The notes under the pieces were generated by a model. That model was not told the DNA's origin, did not search any database, and saw only the letters and a program-made list of their open reading frames with translations. A stretch of DNA of 7,493 nucleotides from IMG/VR virus record IMGVR_UViG_3300029875_000118, one strand, 5' to 3'. This DNA is from a virus (Duplodnaviria > Heunggongvirae > Uroviricota > Caudoviricetes). Both the position numbers and the translations under genes were made by a program. Of this stretch, positions 1-7,493 are shown in pieces (positions within the stretch are counted from its first letter, which is position 1; every line of letters begins with the position of its first letter).

Positions 1-500
1 ATTTCTCCTACTTCCTCGGCAATCAATCCGTAGAATCCCCAGTCACGCCTGTCATTTTCGCATTGCGACCTGTACCACACAGGGCGCATCTTGAAAATGA
101 GATCGGCGTGCTCTGAATCTATCGTCTCTACTGAATGTTTATAGCGAATAGACGATGTTGACCGCAGTACAGACGAAATTGCGGGGTCAGGATTAAGATA
201 AAGATTTGCCGCCGCTGTAGTCGTGGCCAAATTCCATAAATAAAACGCTTCACGACCTGTCAGTGGATAAAAATCTCCCCCATAACGACCGCTTTCCAGA
301 TCATTCACTTCTACTTTGTTTTTGAGCTTATTATCCACTTCAGTTTTTGTGTATCTGGTACTGATATCCTGCTTTGCACTGGTCATATCAGTCTGAAGTG
401 TTGATACTTTTACGTTAATTGAGGAAATATCTTCCTTAGCTTTACTGACATCTCCCTTTAGCGTGGTGATGTCTCCTGGAATTACTGTCGATGTAGCCAT
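1..500 (-). CDS. Tail-fibre-like protein, N-terminal 166 codons (C-terminus beyond the left edge): coiled-coil-like N-terminus followed by a peptidase-S74-like (intramolecular chaperone) motif
   Basis: ATG at 498-500 with SD GGGAGA 4 nt upstream and the preceding gene's TAA stop 9 nt upstream. The frame is open through position 1: MATSTVIPGDITTLKGDVSKAKEDISSINVKVSTLQTDMTSAKQDISTRYTKTEVDNKLKNKVEVNDL...STSSIRYKHSVETIDSEHADLIFKMRPVWYRSQCENDRRDWGFYGLIAEEVGE. The segment 'S-x-R-x-K ... L-x-x-RPV-x-Y ... G(F/L)IA(E/Q)EV' resembles the start of the auto-cleaving chaperone domain found at the C-terminus of phage tail spikes and fibres. The ORF track misses it because it runs off the edge. Confidence 0.6.
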   Translation of the reverse strand, partial: MATSTVIPGDITTLKGDVSKAKEDISSINVKVSTLQTDMTSAKQDISTRYTKTEVDNKLKNKVEVNDLESGRYGGDFYPLTGREAFYLWNLATTTAAANLYLNPDPAISSVLRSTSSIRYKHSVETIDSEHADLIFKMRPVWYRSQCENDRRDWGFYGLIAEEVGE

Positions 501-509
501 TTGTCTCCC

Positions 510-791
510 TTACATCCAGCCACGAATTTGATGATCAATAGCAATTGCGTATTCATCGAATATTGACGGTATTTTGACATCATTAATGATGCGTACGTTT
601 ACAAAATATCCGTCCTCCTTAACACATACAGGATCACCACCTTCTGTTAGTTCGCCTGTTTCTTTGTATACGTCACCTATTACATCAATGAGAACATCGT
701 TCTGTATCATCTCGTCATCATAATAACCAATGCTATCCATAAAGGCCGAAAAGTCTGCCTTGTCTGTGAATTTGATAATTAAATCTCGCAT
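510..791 (-). CDS. Hypothetical small acidic protein (93 aa), translationally coupled to the fibre gene; possibly a fibre chaperone or accessory protein
   Basis: ORF MRDLIIKFTDKADFSAFMDSIGYYDDEMIQ...HQIRGWM. Its ATG (789-791) shares one base with the fibre TAA (791-793) in a TAATG arrangement. A strong SD, GGGAGAGG, lies 6 nt upstream inside the fibre 3' end. About 20 Asp/Glu against 8 Lys/Arg. I do not recognise the family. Confidence 0.65.
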   Translation of the reverse strand: MRDLIIKFTDKADFSAFMDSIGYYDDEMIQNDVLIDVIGDVYKETGELTEGGDPVCVKEDGYFVNVRIINDVKIPSIFDEYAIAIDHQIRGWM

Positions 792-3230
792 TATATTACC
801 TCTCCCATTTGCGCATCGGTTAATTCTTTATGCCATATACGAAAATTACGAATGTGACCAAAAAGATGACGTAGGCCGCTATTAGTCTGCCCCCCAATCC
901 TGAAGAAATAACCAGATTTGACACCGACATGATCCGTGGTTTTAGGAGTTCCATGCTGGGCATTGCTAACGAAATGCACATTACCAGATTCATTTAAAAC
1001 AAATCCAAGAACAGATTTTTGTTCAAATAATACTGGCGATACCGCGGCTACTGTACTACCGTTTTTATTGTACATTGTAACACCAGGAAATAATGTTGAA
1101 CTGATAGCAACACTTATATATTGACCCGGAGTTGTACTCCCACCACTGGTATCAAAAACTCGTGGTGCTGCATTTGGCGTTTCGTTCCAGTTTGTATGAA
1201 CTTCAGCTAGAAATGTTAAAGGTGGTGTACCGATATTGTTATTTGTTGGTATATTCACCATATCACTGGCTCTTGTGACTGGCGTTGCCTCAGTAATAAT
1301 AAACGAAGAAGCGCACGAACCGCCTTCGACCTGAGGAGTTGCAACATAAATATAATCATCTGCACCAGTGCCACCCCCTTTTGGTGGTGCATATTGCACC
1401 ATCGCACCGATCATATTTTCTGTATCAAGTGCCTTAATTGTTGCCTCAAAGAAAATCCATTTGCTTGCTTCATTTTTAACAGCCCTTGCAGTAATACGAC
1501 TTGCAGCGCCGCCAGTTTTATCAATCGATAAATCTGTCATATTTAAGTAAGCATCACCCAGGAATTTGTAGGTAGAGCCATCATATTCTTCAAATCGTAA
1601 TCGACATCTTAAATTTGGAGTCCCACTTTGTACCCTGCATGAGATAGTTACATACTTTTCATCGCCGGTAACATCATATCCTTTGCTTCCAGATACTGTG
1701 ACAATAGAAATGGCTGAGGTTTGCCCCACCATTTCTGGTTTTAATGTGAATTTTGCGTACTGGAAACCAAAATCATCTACACCTGATGTATTTAAAATCA
1801 TATTTGATGACTTGTTCCACTTTGATGGATTTGTGCTGTTTATTAACAGGTTTGTACGCTGCCCTTCAATCAGCAATCCATACTTTTCAAAGCGAGGTTC
1901 ATCGATTGCAGCCTCTGTCAGCACACCAGATTTATTAATATAGGTTGCTTTCGATGCGCGTTTAAACTTTACAATCTTGTCGCCAGGCATTGTTATTTCA
2001 TCGTCGCCAATAACAATCTTTTTATATGATGGCGAAAAGCCCGTAATCATATCCAGTGAATCGTTAAATGGTATCCACACATCAGGAAGCGGCTGTAATA
2101 CATATTTATACGGTTCTGCTGCCTGGCTTGCGTACTCTCTGGCTGCGTCTTCACTTGCTTTAGCTGCTGTCTGGCTTGCAGCGGATGCTTTCGCCGAGTT
2201 CGCCGCCGCAGTCTCGCTCGCCTTTGCGTTGGTTTCACTGGTTTTTGCAGCTTTTTGACTATTTGCTGATGCAGTGGCAGAAGCAGCCGCCGCACTTGCA
2301 GAACCAGCTGCGGCACTCTCGCTTTCAGCTGCTGCATCCTGACTACTTTTCGCCGCAGTTTCACTGGCTTTAGCGTTCGTTTCGCTGGTCTTCGCTGCCG
2401 TCTGACTGGACTTTGCGTTAGTTTCGCTAGTCTTCGCTGCTTTCTGGCTGTTAGCCGCAGCAGTTGCTGATCCAGCTGCTGAAGTCGCAGAACCGGCTGC
2501 CGCGCTCTCGCTTTCGGCTGCTGCATTCTGGCTATTNNNNNNNNNNNNNNNNNNNNNNNNNNNNNNNNNNNNNNNNNNNNNNNNNNNNNNNNNNNNNNNN
2601 NGCCGTCTGGCTGGACTTTGCGTTGGTTTCGCTCGTCTTTGCTGCTGTCTCGCTATTTTTCGCGTTGGTTTCGCTCGTCTTTGCTGCTGTCTCGCTATTT
2701 TTCGCGTTGGTTTCTGATTTTTTGGCTGCTGTCGCGGAGTTTGCCGATGCAGTCTGTGAGGCCGCTGCCGCCTGTGCGCTGTTACCTGCATTCGTCTCTG
2801 ACGTTTTCGCCGCGTTCTTCGATGATGCCGCTGCAGTTTCGGATTTCTTTGCCGCCGCTGCGCTCTGAGAGGCGGCTTCGGCGTTGCGTGCCGCTTCTTC
2901 CACCATTGCCTCAAAACGACGCAATGCCTCCGGCATGACATCCTCTTCCGTCATGGCACCGAGAAAATCATTCAGCGTACCTGGTCTGGAACCTTCATAG
3001 ACGGTAATGGTCCCGGCATGTGAAGGCGGAAAACCTTCAACCAGCAGGATAACGCTGTACTGGCCATACTCAACATCCATACTGTAACGCCCGGCTTCAT
3101 CCGGATTTTCTGAGGCCACCGTGTTTACCACAACCGTGGTGCTGTTACGTTTTGCTTTGAGCTGAATGGTGCAGTTCTGTATCGGTTTTCCTGCACCGTC
3201 TTTCAGCACACCTGAAATCTGTACTGCCAT
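791..3230 (-). CDS. stf: Side tail fibre protein (lambda Stf-like N-terminus and repeat shaft, non-lambda distal domain); interrupted by an N-run with an apparent frame change
   Basis: The N-terminal frame reads (MN)MAVQISGVLKDGAGKPIQNCTIQLKAKRNSTTVVVNTVASENPDEAGRYSMDVEYGQYSVILLVEGFPPSHAGTITVYEG..., which matches the lambda Stf N-terminus as I recall it. GGAG lies 5 nt upstream of the ATG at 3228-3230; the ORF-track start at 3236 sits inside that spacer. Ala/Ser/Thr/Glu-rich repeats (KTSETNAKSSQTAAKTSETNAK...) run into the N-run at 2537-2601. The same repeat protein resumes in a different frame after the gap and continues to a TAA at 791-793, ending ...GHIRNFRIWHKELTDAQMGEVI. The two ORF-track pieces (2532..3236 and 791..2941) are therefore one gene. 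The Arg-rich N-terminal part of the 716-aa ORF (2602..2941) is an off-frame artefact. Confidence 0.8.
2270..2536. repeat. Imperfect long-period direct repeat (about 189 bp, about 63 codons) in the fibre shaft-coding region
   Basis: The segment beginning gcagaaccagctgcggcactctcgctttcagctgctgcatcctgact (from 2298) recurs with a few mismatches from 2487 (gcagaaccggctgccgcgctctcgctttcggctgctgcattctggct). The protein shows the matching repeat ...AAAESESAAAGSA...NSQKAAKTSETNAK... Confidence 0.8.
2537..2601. other. Run of 65 N (assembly gap or masked bases) inside the repeat region of the fibre gene
   Basis: Directly visible. The true coding frame differs on the two sides of the run. Confidence 0.99.
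2620..2703. repeat. Perfect 42-bp tandem duplication (two copies) inside the fibre shaft-coding region
   Basis: 2620-2661 and 2662-2703 are identical (gcgttggtttcgctcgtctttgctgctgtctcgctatttttc), encoding a 14-aa unit of the TSETNAKNSETAAK type. Degenerate copies flank it. Confidence 0.9.
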
Positions 3231-3240
3231 ATTCACTCCA

Positions 3241-3269
3241 CAAATAAAAAAGGCACCATTTCTGGTGCC
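3241..3269 (-). terminator. Rho-independent terminator-like hairpin between J and the side tail fibre gene
   Basis: On the minus strand: GGCACCA-GAAA-TGGTGCC (7-bp GC-rich stem, GNRA-type tetraloop) followed immediately by TTTTTTATTTG. It sits 20 nt after the J stop and directly upstream of the fibre RBS (GGAG) and start. It is probably leaky, since the fibre gene has no room for its own promoter. Confidence 0.55.
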
Positions 3270-3288
3270 CGAATTTGGGTTTTAAAAT

Positions 3289-6200
3289 TCAACTGATACG
3301 GATACCGGCTGTTGATTTCTTCATCACGACAACAAGAAGGTCGCTGATACTGGTCGTTGGCGTCCAGTTATTAGCACCATATGAAGAAACATTGAAAGTC
3401 AGGGTGACATGACCGTGTCCGGCAGGCATATCAATGACGGATGAAAATACCCTGCTGACATCCGTCGCGGGTTGCTGAAAGATTTCCTGTCCGTTCTTCA
3501 GCACCTGCAGCTTACAGGTTGAATACCAGTATGACTGTTGGTTGTTGCTGTTGAAGTTTTCATGCTTACCACCGCGAAACAGAACGGGTGGGATTACTAT
3601 CTGACGGTCAAAAGCCTGGTCATCGTACACAGTGACCGTTATTGTACCGCTGGCATAACTGCCATTTCTCGGAAAGGCTTTTCCCACCGTTTTGACAATA
3701 TCACCTTCAATCTGGTTGGCAGACAGTTTTCCCAGAATCCGACAGTTCTGGTTAATCGTGACATTGTTGAGCGTCCCGGAGTTCGCATTCACGTTACCGC
3801 TGATATCGGCATTTTTCGCCGTCAGCCGCCCGTCCGGTGTCAGGGAAAATACCGGAGGATTGCCGCCGCTGGTAATGGTGGGAGCCGTCAGATACTTCAG
3901 GAACACTTCGTTCATGAATATCTGGTTGCCCTGCGCCACAAACATCGGTGTTTCATTCCCGTTTGCCGGGTCAATAAACGCGATACGATTGGCGGCAACC
4001 AGAAACTGGCTCAGTTTGCCTTCCTCTGTATCCTCCATGCTGAGGCCAAGCCCCGCGACATAATGCTTACCGTCTTCGGTCTGCTCAATTTTGACGCCCC
4101 ACATGGCATTCCATTTATCGTTGGCGTCTTTCCACTCTTTCGAAAACTCATCCAGTCTGCTGGCGTTATCCTCCGTCAGGTCGACTTTTTCCAGCAGCTC
4201 TTTACCGAGATGGGATTCGGTTATCTGGCCTTTGAAAAAATCCAGGTAACCTTCCGCATCATCGCTCGCCCGACCGACGGCTTCCACGAATGCTGATTTG
4301 CCAACGGTGTTCACACTGCGAACGTAAAAATAATAATCATGGCCAGGCTTGATATTGATACTGGCGGCTATCCAGTACAGCGCCGTGCCAAGATAACGCG
4401 CGCTGGTTTCAACCTGCCTGATATCGGTAATCCGCTTTTCCGAGAACCAGAACTCAAACTGTACCGTCGGGTCATAAACCGCAAGATGCGGCGTGGCGGT
4501 TATCTGAAAATAGCCCGGCGTCAGCTCAATCCGCGATGGCGCTGCCGGTGCGGCAATCCGGAACGATACCGACGCCGGATCCCCCTGCTGTCCCCACGCA
4601 TTTACCGCCCGGACTGTCAGCCTGTAGTTCCCCAGCGCCAGTTGCGTGAAGCGGTATGTGGTTTCCGTCGTCCTGGCCGTGCTGACCAGTCGCTCACTGC
4701 CATCGTCCGCTGCCACGGTCAGGCGAAGCAGGAAGCTCACGCCCTTCACCACCTTCGGCGTGTCCCAGCGCGCCAGCACCTGATATTCCCCGCTGTCAGC
4801 GGTGACTTCTGCGGTCAGGTGCTGCACCGCTGGCGGCGTGACACCGTTCACCGTTCCGCTCTGGTCGCCGTCAAAGTGCGCCCCGTTATCCACGATGGCT
4901 TCTTTCTCCGGTACATGCTGCACGGCAGTGATGGCATACGTGCCGTCGTCGTTCTCACGGATACTCACACAGCGGAACAGGCGCTGGCGCAGCGTCGGCA
5001 GCTTCAGCCCCCACACGCTGTACTCGGCAACGCCGTCAGGAACCCGGCTCACTTTCACCTTCACGCCGTCGGTGACGGACTGGACCTCCACGCTGACCGG
5101 ATTCCCCTGCCCGTCAACCAGGCTTATCAGCGTGGTGCCGGAGGATGGCAGCGTGATTTCACGGTCGAGCGTCAGCGTCCGGGTCTGGCGGTTCACCGCC
5201 AGCACGCGCCCGCCGATGCTGATCCCCGCATAGTCATCATCACAGATTTCAATAACATCGCCCGGTACATGGCGAAGCCCTTCGGCACCCACGCTGAAGT
5301 CCACGGTCTGCGTTTCCAGCAGCTCCGTTTTAATCAGCCACAGCCCGGCGCGGTGTGCCTGCCCCCGGCTGGTACAGCCAAAGGCATCCATTTTCGTGAC
5401 GTTACGACCGTAACGGCGAATGGCCTGCGTATCCTCCACAAGCTCTGTCGCCGTCTCCCAGCCGTTATTCGGGTCAATCCAGTTCACCTCAACGGCATTA
5501 TGGCGGTCCTTCAGGGCGCTGAAGCTGTAGCGGAACGGCGCGCCATCATCCGGCATCACCACATTACTGCGGTTATAGGTCCACACCTTATCCGACGGTC
5601 GGTCCTGCACGAACGTCAGCGTCTGCCCGTTCCATACCGGCATACAGCGCATTGCCGAGCAGAAATCACTGAGAACATCCCACGCCTTACGCTGTGTGGT
5701 CAGGTAGGCATTACAGGAAATGCACGGCTCCGTGCCACCAAAACCGTCCGGCACCGACTGGTCGCAATACTGGCCGATGACATACAGCGCCCATTTGTCC
5801 ACATCCGCCGCACCAAGACGTTTCCCCATGCCGTAGCGCGGATGGGTCAGCATATCCCACAGACACCAGGCCATGTTGTTGCTGTATGCTGGCTTAAACG
5901 TTCCGTCCCAGATACCGCTGTATTGCCGCGTCTGCGGGTTATAGTTCGACGGCACCTGCAGAATGCGCCCGCGAAGATGATAATTACGGCTCACCTGCTG
6001 ACTGCCGAACTGTTCCGAGTCCACCTGCACGCCGACCAGTGCCGTGTTCGGGTAGCACTGTTTCACATCNNNNNNNNNNNNNNNNNNNNNNNNNNTGTTC
6101 TGCAGCTGGTCTGTGGTGCTGTCCGGCGTCATCCTGCGCATCCGGATATTAAACGGGCGCGGCGGCAGGTTACCCACCACCACCGAGGCCAGATACTGCG

Positions 6201-6681
6201 AGGTGGTTTTGCCCTTAATGGTGATGTCTTTTTCCGTCACCCAGCCACCGTTACGCTGTATCTGAACCAGCAGGCGGACTTCCGACGGATTCCTGTCCCC
6301 CTTTGAGGTGGTTTCCACCAGTGTCTGCACGCCGAAAGTAAAACGCAGACGGTCAATGTTTGCCGACGTGATGGTCCGGGTGATCGGCGTGTCATATTTC
6401 ACTTCTGTACCGAGCACCGTCTCGGAGCCGGAGGATTCAAACCCCTCCGGCGGAGTCTGCTCCTGCTCACCTGCCCGGAACACCACCGTGACGCCGGAGA
6501 TGTTGGTATTCCCCTCAGTGTCCAGCACTGGCGTACTGTTCAGCAGCACGCTTTTTAATCCATCCACCGGACCGTCAATCGGCCCTTCGCTGATGGCATC
6601 GATCACACTCAGCAACTGCGTGGACTTCAGGTTGTCCTTCGCTTCGCGCGGGGTATGCCCCTTACTGCTGCCTTTACCCAT
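3289..6681 (-). CDS. J: Host specificity protein J (tail tip / central tail fibre, lambda gpJ family)
   Basis: 1130-aa [41 protein letters not shown]...AGIRIS with TGA stop at 3289-3291. GGAG lies about 8 nt upstream of the ATG. The length and sequence over most of the protein match lambda gpJ as I recall it. It contains a 25-nt N-run that keeps the frame (9 X codons). Confidence 0.95.
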   Translation of the reverse strand: MGKGSSKGHTPREAKDNLKSTQLLSVIDAISEGPIDGPVDGLKSVLLNSTPVLDTEGNTNISGVTVVFRAGEQEQTPPEGFESSGSETVLGTEVKYDTPITRTITSANIDRLRFTFGVQTLVETTSKGDRNPSEVRLLVQIQRNGGWVTEKDITIKGKTTSQYLASVVVGNLPPRPFNIRMRRMTPDSTTDQLQNXXXXXXXXXDVKQCYPNTALVGVQVDSEQFGSQQVSRNYHLRGRILQVPSNYNPQTRQYSGIWDGTFKPAYSNNMAWCLWDMLTHPRYGMGKRLGAADVDKWALYVIGQYCDQSVPDGFGGTEPCISCNAYLTTQRKAWDVLSDFCSAMRCMPVWNGQTLTFVQDRPSDKVWTYNRSNVVMPDDGAPFRYSFSALKDRHNAVEVNWIDPNNGWETATELVEDTQAIRRYGRNVTKMDAFGCTSRGQAHRAGLWLIKTELLETQTVDFSVGAEGLRHVPGDVIEICDDDYAGISIGGRVLAVNRQTRTLTLDREITLPSSGTTLISLVDGQGNPVSVEVQSVTDGVKVKVSRVPDGVAEYSVWGLKLPTLRQRLFRCVSIRENDDGTYAITAVQHVPEKEAIVDNGAHFDGDQSGTVNGVTPPAVQHLTAEVTADSGEYQVLARWDTPKVVKGVSFLLRLTVAADDGSERLVSTARTTETTYRFTQLALGNYRLTVRAVNAWGQQGDPASVSFRIAAPAAPSRIELTPGYFQITATPHLAVYDPTVQFEFWFSEKRITDIRQVETSARYLGTALYWIAASINIKPGHDYYFYVRSVNTVGKSAFVEAVGRASDDAEGYLDFFKGQITESHLGKELLEKVDLTEDNASRLDEFSKEWKDANDKWNAMWGVKIEQTEDGKHYVAGLGLSMEDTEEGKLSQFLVAANRIAFIDPANGNETPMFVAQGNQIFMNEVFLKYLTAPTITSGGNPPVFSLTPDGRLTAKNADISGNVNANSGTLNNVTINQNCRILGKLSANQIEGDIVKTVGKAFPRNGSYASGTITVTVYDDQAFDRQIVIPPVLFRGGKHENFNSNNQQSYWYSTCKLQVLKNGQEIFQQPATDVSRVFSSVIDMPAGHGHVTLTFNVSSYGANNWTPTTSISDLLVVVMKKSTAGIRIS
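6070..6094. other. Run of 25 N (unresolved or masked bases) inside gene J; reading frame is preserved across it
   Basis: Directly visible. The J translation continues in frame on both sides (...TDQLQN-X9-DVKQCYPNT...). Confidence 0.99.
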
Positions 6682-6703
6682 TCTTCACGCTCCATAAACG
6701 ACA

Positions 6704-6723
6704 AAACCGCCCGCAGGCGGTTT
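6704..6723. promoter_or_regulatory. Perfect 8-bp inverted repeat (AAACCGCC-cgca-GGCGGTTT) in the I-J intergenic spacer; possible RNA stem-loop of unknown function
   Basis: Read directly from the sequence at 6704-6711 and 6716-6723, within the 60-nt spacer between the I stop and the J start. There is no long U-tract downstream on the coding (minus) strand, so it is not a canonical intrinsic terminator. Confidence 0.3.
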
Positions 6724-6741
6724 CACATAAAACATTTTGCA

Positions 6742-7389
6742 TCAGCGACCAATCACCACAACCTGACCACCATCACCTTCATCTGCCGTGCTGATCTCCT
6801 GAGATACCACTCGCGACCCCACACGCATTTCACCGTACAGAACGGGCAGAACATTGCCCTGGGCAACCATGTTATCCAGTGACGAGAAATACGTGTTCTG
6901 TTTGCCGTTATCTGTACTGGCTGCCGTGGGCGTCCGGGCTTTCGGTGCCAGCATCTGCGCCACACCACCCAGGATCATACTGGCCCCAGCCGCATACATG
7001 CCCGATAAAGCCGCGGCACCCAGCCAGCCTGCGGGGTTCCACCACGCCACCGCAATCAGCGCCGCACCCAGCACCGCCTGAAAAACACCGCCACTTTTGG
7101 CTCCCGCCAGACGCGGCACGATGTGGATCACTGCACCATTTGCCAGCGGCTCATTAAGACGGGCAGATAATTCGGTTTCACCTGCATCACGCCCGGCAAT
7201 GCGCACCTGATACCAGCCGTCATTCAGTTTCTGACGAAACGCCGGGACCTGTGTGGACAGCGCCCGGATGGCTTCAGCCCCCGTTTTCACACGAAGGTCG
7301 ATGCGGCGGCCAAATCGTTGCAAATCCCCGTAAAGGCAGATGCGTGCCATGCCTGGTGACGCCAGAGGGAGTGTGTGCGTCGCTGCCAT
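6742..7389 (-). CDS. I: Tail assembly protein I (lambda gpI-like)
   Basis: 215-aa ORF MAATHTLPLASPGMARICLYGDLQRFGRR...SQEISTADEGDGGQVVVIGR with a Gly/Ala-rich hydrophobic segment in the middle. An SD-like GAGAGAGG lies about 10 nt upstream of the ATG at 7389. Its position between K and J and the N- and C-terminal sequence match lambda gpI as I remember it. Confidence 0.88.
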   Translation of the reverse strand: MAATHTLPLASPGMARICLYGDLQRFGRRIDLRVKTGAEAIRALSTQVPAFRQKLNDGWYQVRIAGRDAGETELSARLNEPLANGAVIHIVPRLAGAKSGGVFQAVLGAALIAVAWWNPAGWLGAAALSGMYAAGASMILGGVAQMLAPKARTPTAASTDNGKQNTYFSSLDNMVAQGNVLPVLYGEMRVGSRVVSQEISTADEGDGGQVVVIGR

Positions 7390-7493
7390 TTGTCGGTATA
7401 CCTCTCTCGTTTGCTCAGTTGTTCAGGAATATGGTGCAACAGCTCGCCGTCGCCGCAGTAAATGGCGGCATGATTCGGCACCGATGAACCAAA
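7287..7493 (-). CDS. K: Tail assembly protein K, C-terminal fragment (N-terminus lies beyond the right edge of the window)
   Basis: The minus-strand frame is open from the window edge and reads ...FGSSVPNHAAIYCGDGELLHHIPEQLSKRERYTDKWQRRTHSLWRHQAWHASAFTGICNDLAAASTFV, ending at a stop at 7287-7289. The 'HAAIYCGDG' segment fits the His-containing motif of NlpC/P60-type peptidases, and the sequence matches my recollection of the lambda gpK C-terminus. The ORF track shows only the 64-aa piece from an internal GTG. It overlaps gene I by about 103 nt in a different frame, as I recall for lambda K/I. Confidence 0.8.
   Translation of the reverse strand, partial: FGSSVPNHAAIYCGDGELLHHIPEQLSKRERYTDKWQRRTHSLWRHQAWHASAFTGICNDLAAASTFV

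Noticed and set aside
936-1943. Short plus-strand ORFs (936..1124, 1368..1550, 1683..1943, 1753..1938)
   Set aside because: They are antisense to and embedded within the fibre distal-domain coding sequence, and have no RBS or recognisable features.
2047-2526. 159-aa minus-strand ORF and the plus-strand ORFs 1977..2258, 2176..2373, 2464..2868 and 2618..2938 in the repeat region
   Set aside because: These are alternative frames of the repetitive Ala-codon-rich fibre shaft. They are Arg/Gln/Leu-rich low-complexity translations overlapping the real frame.
2602-2941. Arg-rich N-terminal extension of the 716-aa ORF (MSCRRHCVVLRQWWKKRH...)
   Set aside because: It is an off-frame reading of the Ala-rich fibre N-terminal region. 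The genuine frame here is the one starting MAVQISGVLKDG. Only the part of this ORF downstream of the N-run is real coding sequence.
3234-3236. Upstream ATG giving an MNMAVQ... start for the fibre gene
   Set aside because: The GGAG Shine-Dalgarno sits 5 nt before the ATG at 3228-3230, which leaves the 3236 ATG inside the spacer. MAVQISG also matches the lambda Stf start as I recall it.
4339-6306. 655-aa plus-strand ORF (with 3538..4296, 3692..4063 and 4802..5233 likewise)
   Set aside because: It lies entirely antisense to J. The translation is Arg/Pro/His-rich and low-complexity, as expected from the reverse complement of a GC-rich gene, and it has no convincing RBS. The J frame on the minus strand is unambiguous.
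6308-7487. Plus-strand ORFs 6308..6697, 6655..6882, 6854..7081, 6879..7157 and 7251..7487, and minus-strand ORF 6753..6968
   Set aside because: They are antisense or off-frame overlaps of J, I and K. Their Pro/Ser/Arg-rich composition is typical of wrong-frame translation of GC-rich genes.
1-7493. Possibility of a diversity-generating retroelement, CRISPR array, tRNA gene or integrase in the window
   Set aside because: There is no reverse-transcriptase-like ORF, no template-repeat/variable-repeat pair, no regularly spaced short direct repeats, and no tRNA-like cloverleaf that I could discern. Every substantial ORF is accounted for by tail genes.

Overview
This window looks like the tail-tip and fibre module of a lambda-like (siphovirus) prophage, with every gene on the minus strand. 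Read right to left: the 3' end of tail assembly gene K (runs off the right edge), tail assembly gene I overlapping K out of frame, a 60-nt intergenic hairpin, the ~1130-aa host-specificity/central-fibre gene J (with one 25-nt N-run), a short intergenic spacer carrying a terminator-like hairpin but no lom-type moron, a long side-tail-fibre (Stf-like) gene, a translationally coupled 93-aa acidic ORF, and the 5' part of another fibre-like gene that runs off the left edge. The fibre gene has a GC-rich N-terminus and Ala/Ser/Thr/Glu-rich repeat shaft resembling lambda Stf, broken by a 65-nt N-run across which the reading frame changes, and joins at about 2050-2130 to an AT-rich distal region. The most interesting part is this AT-rich distal cassette (about 1-2100): a non-lambda receptor-binding end with a LamG-like C-terminal motif, the small acidic ORF, and a coiled-coil protein with a peptidase-S74-like motif. 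All family assignments are from reading the translations and from memory of the lambda proteins; no database search was run. No tRNA, rRNA, CRISPR array or integrase/transposase gene is visible.
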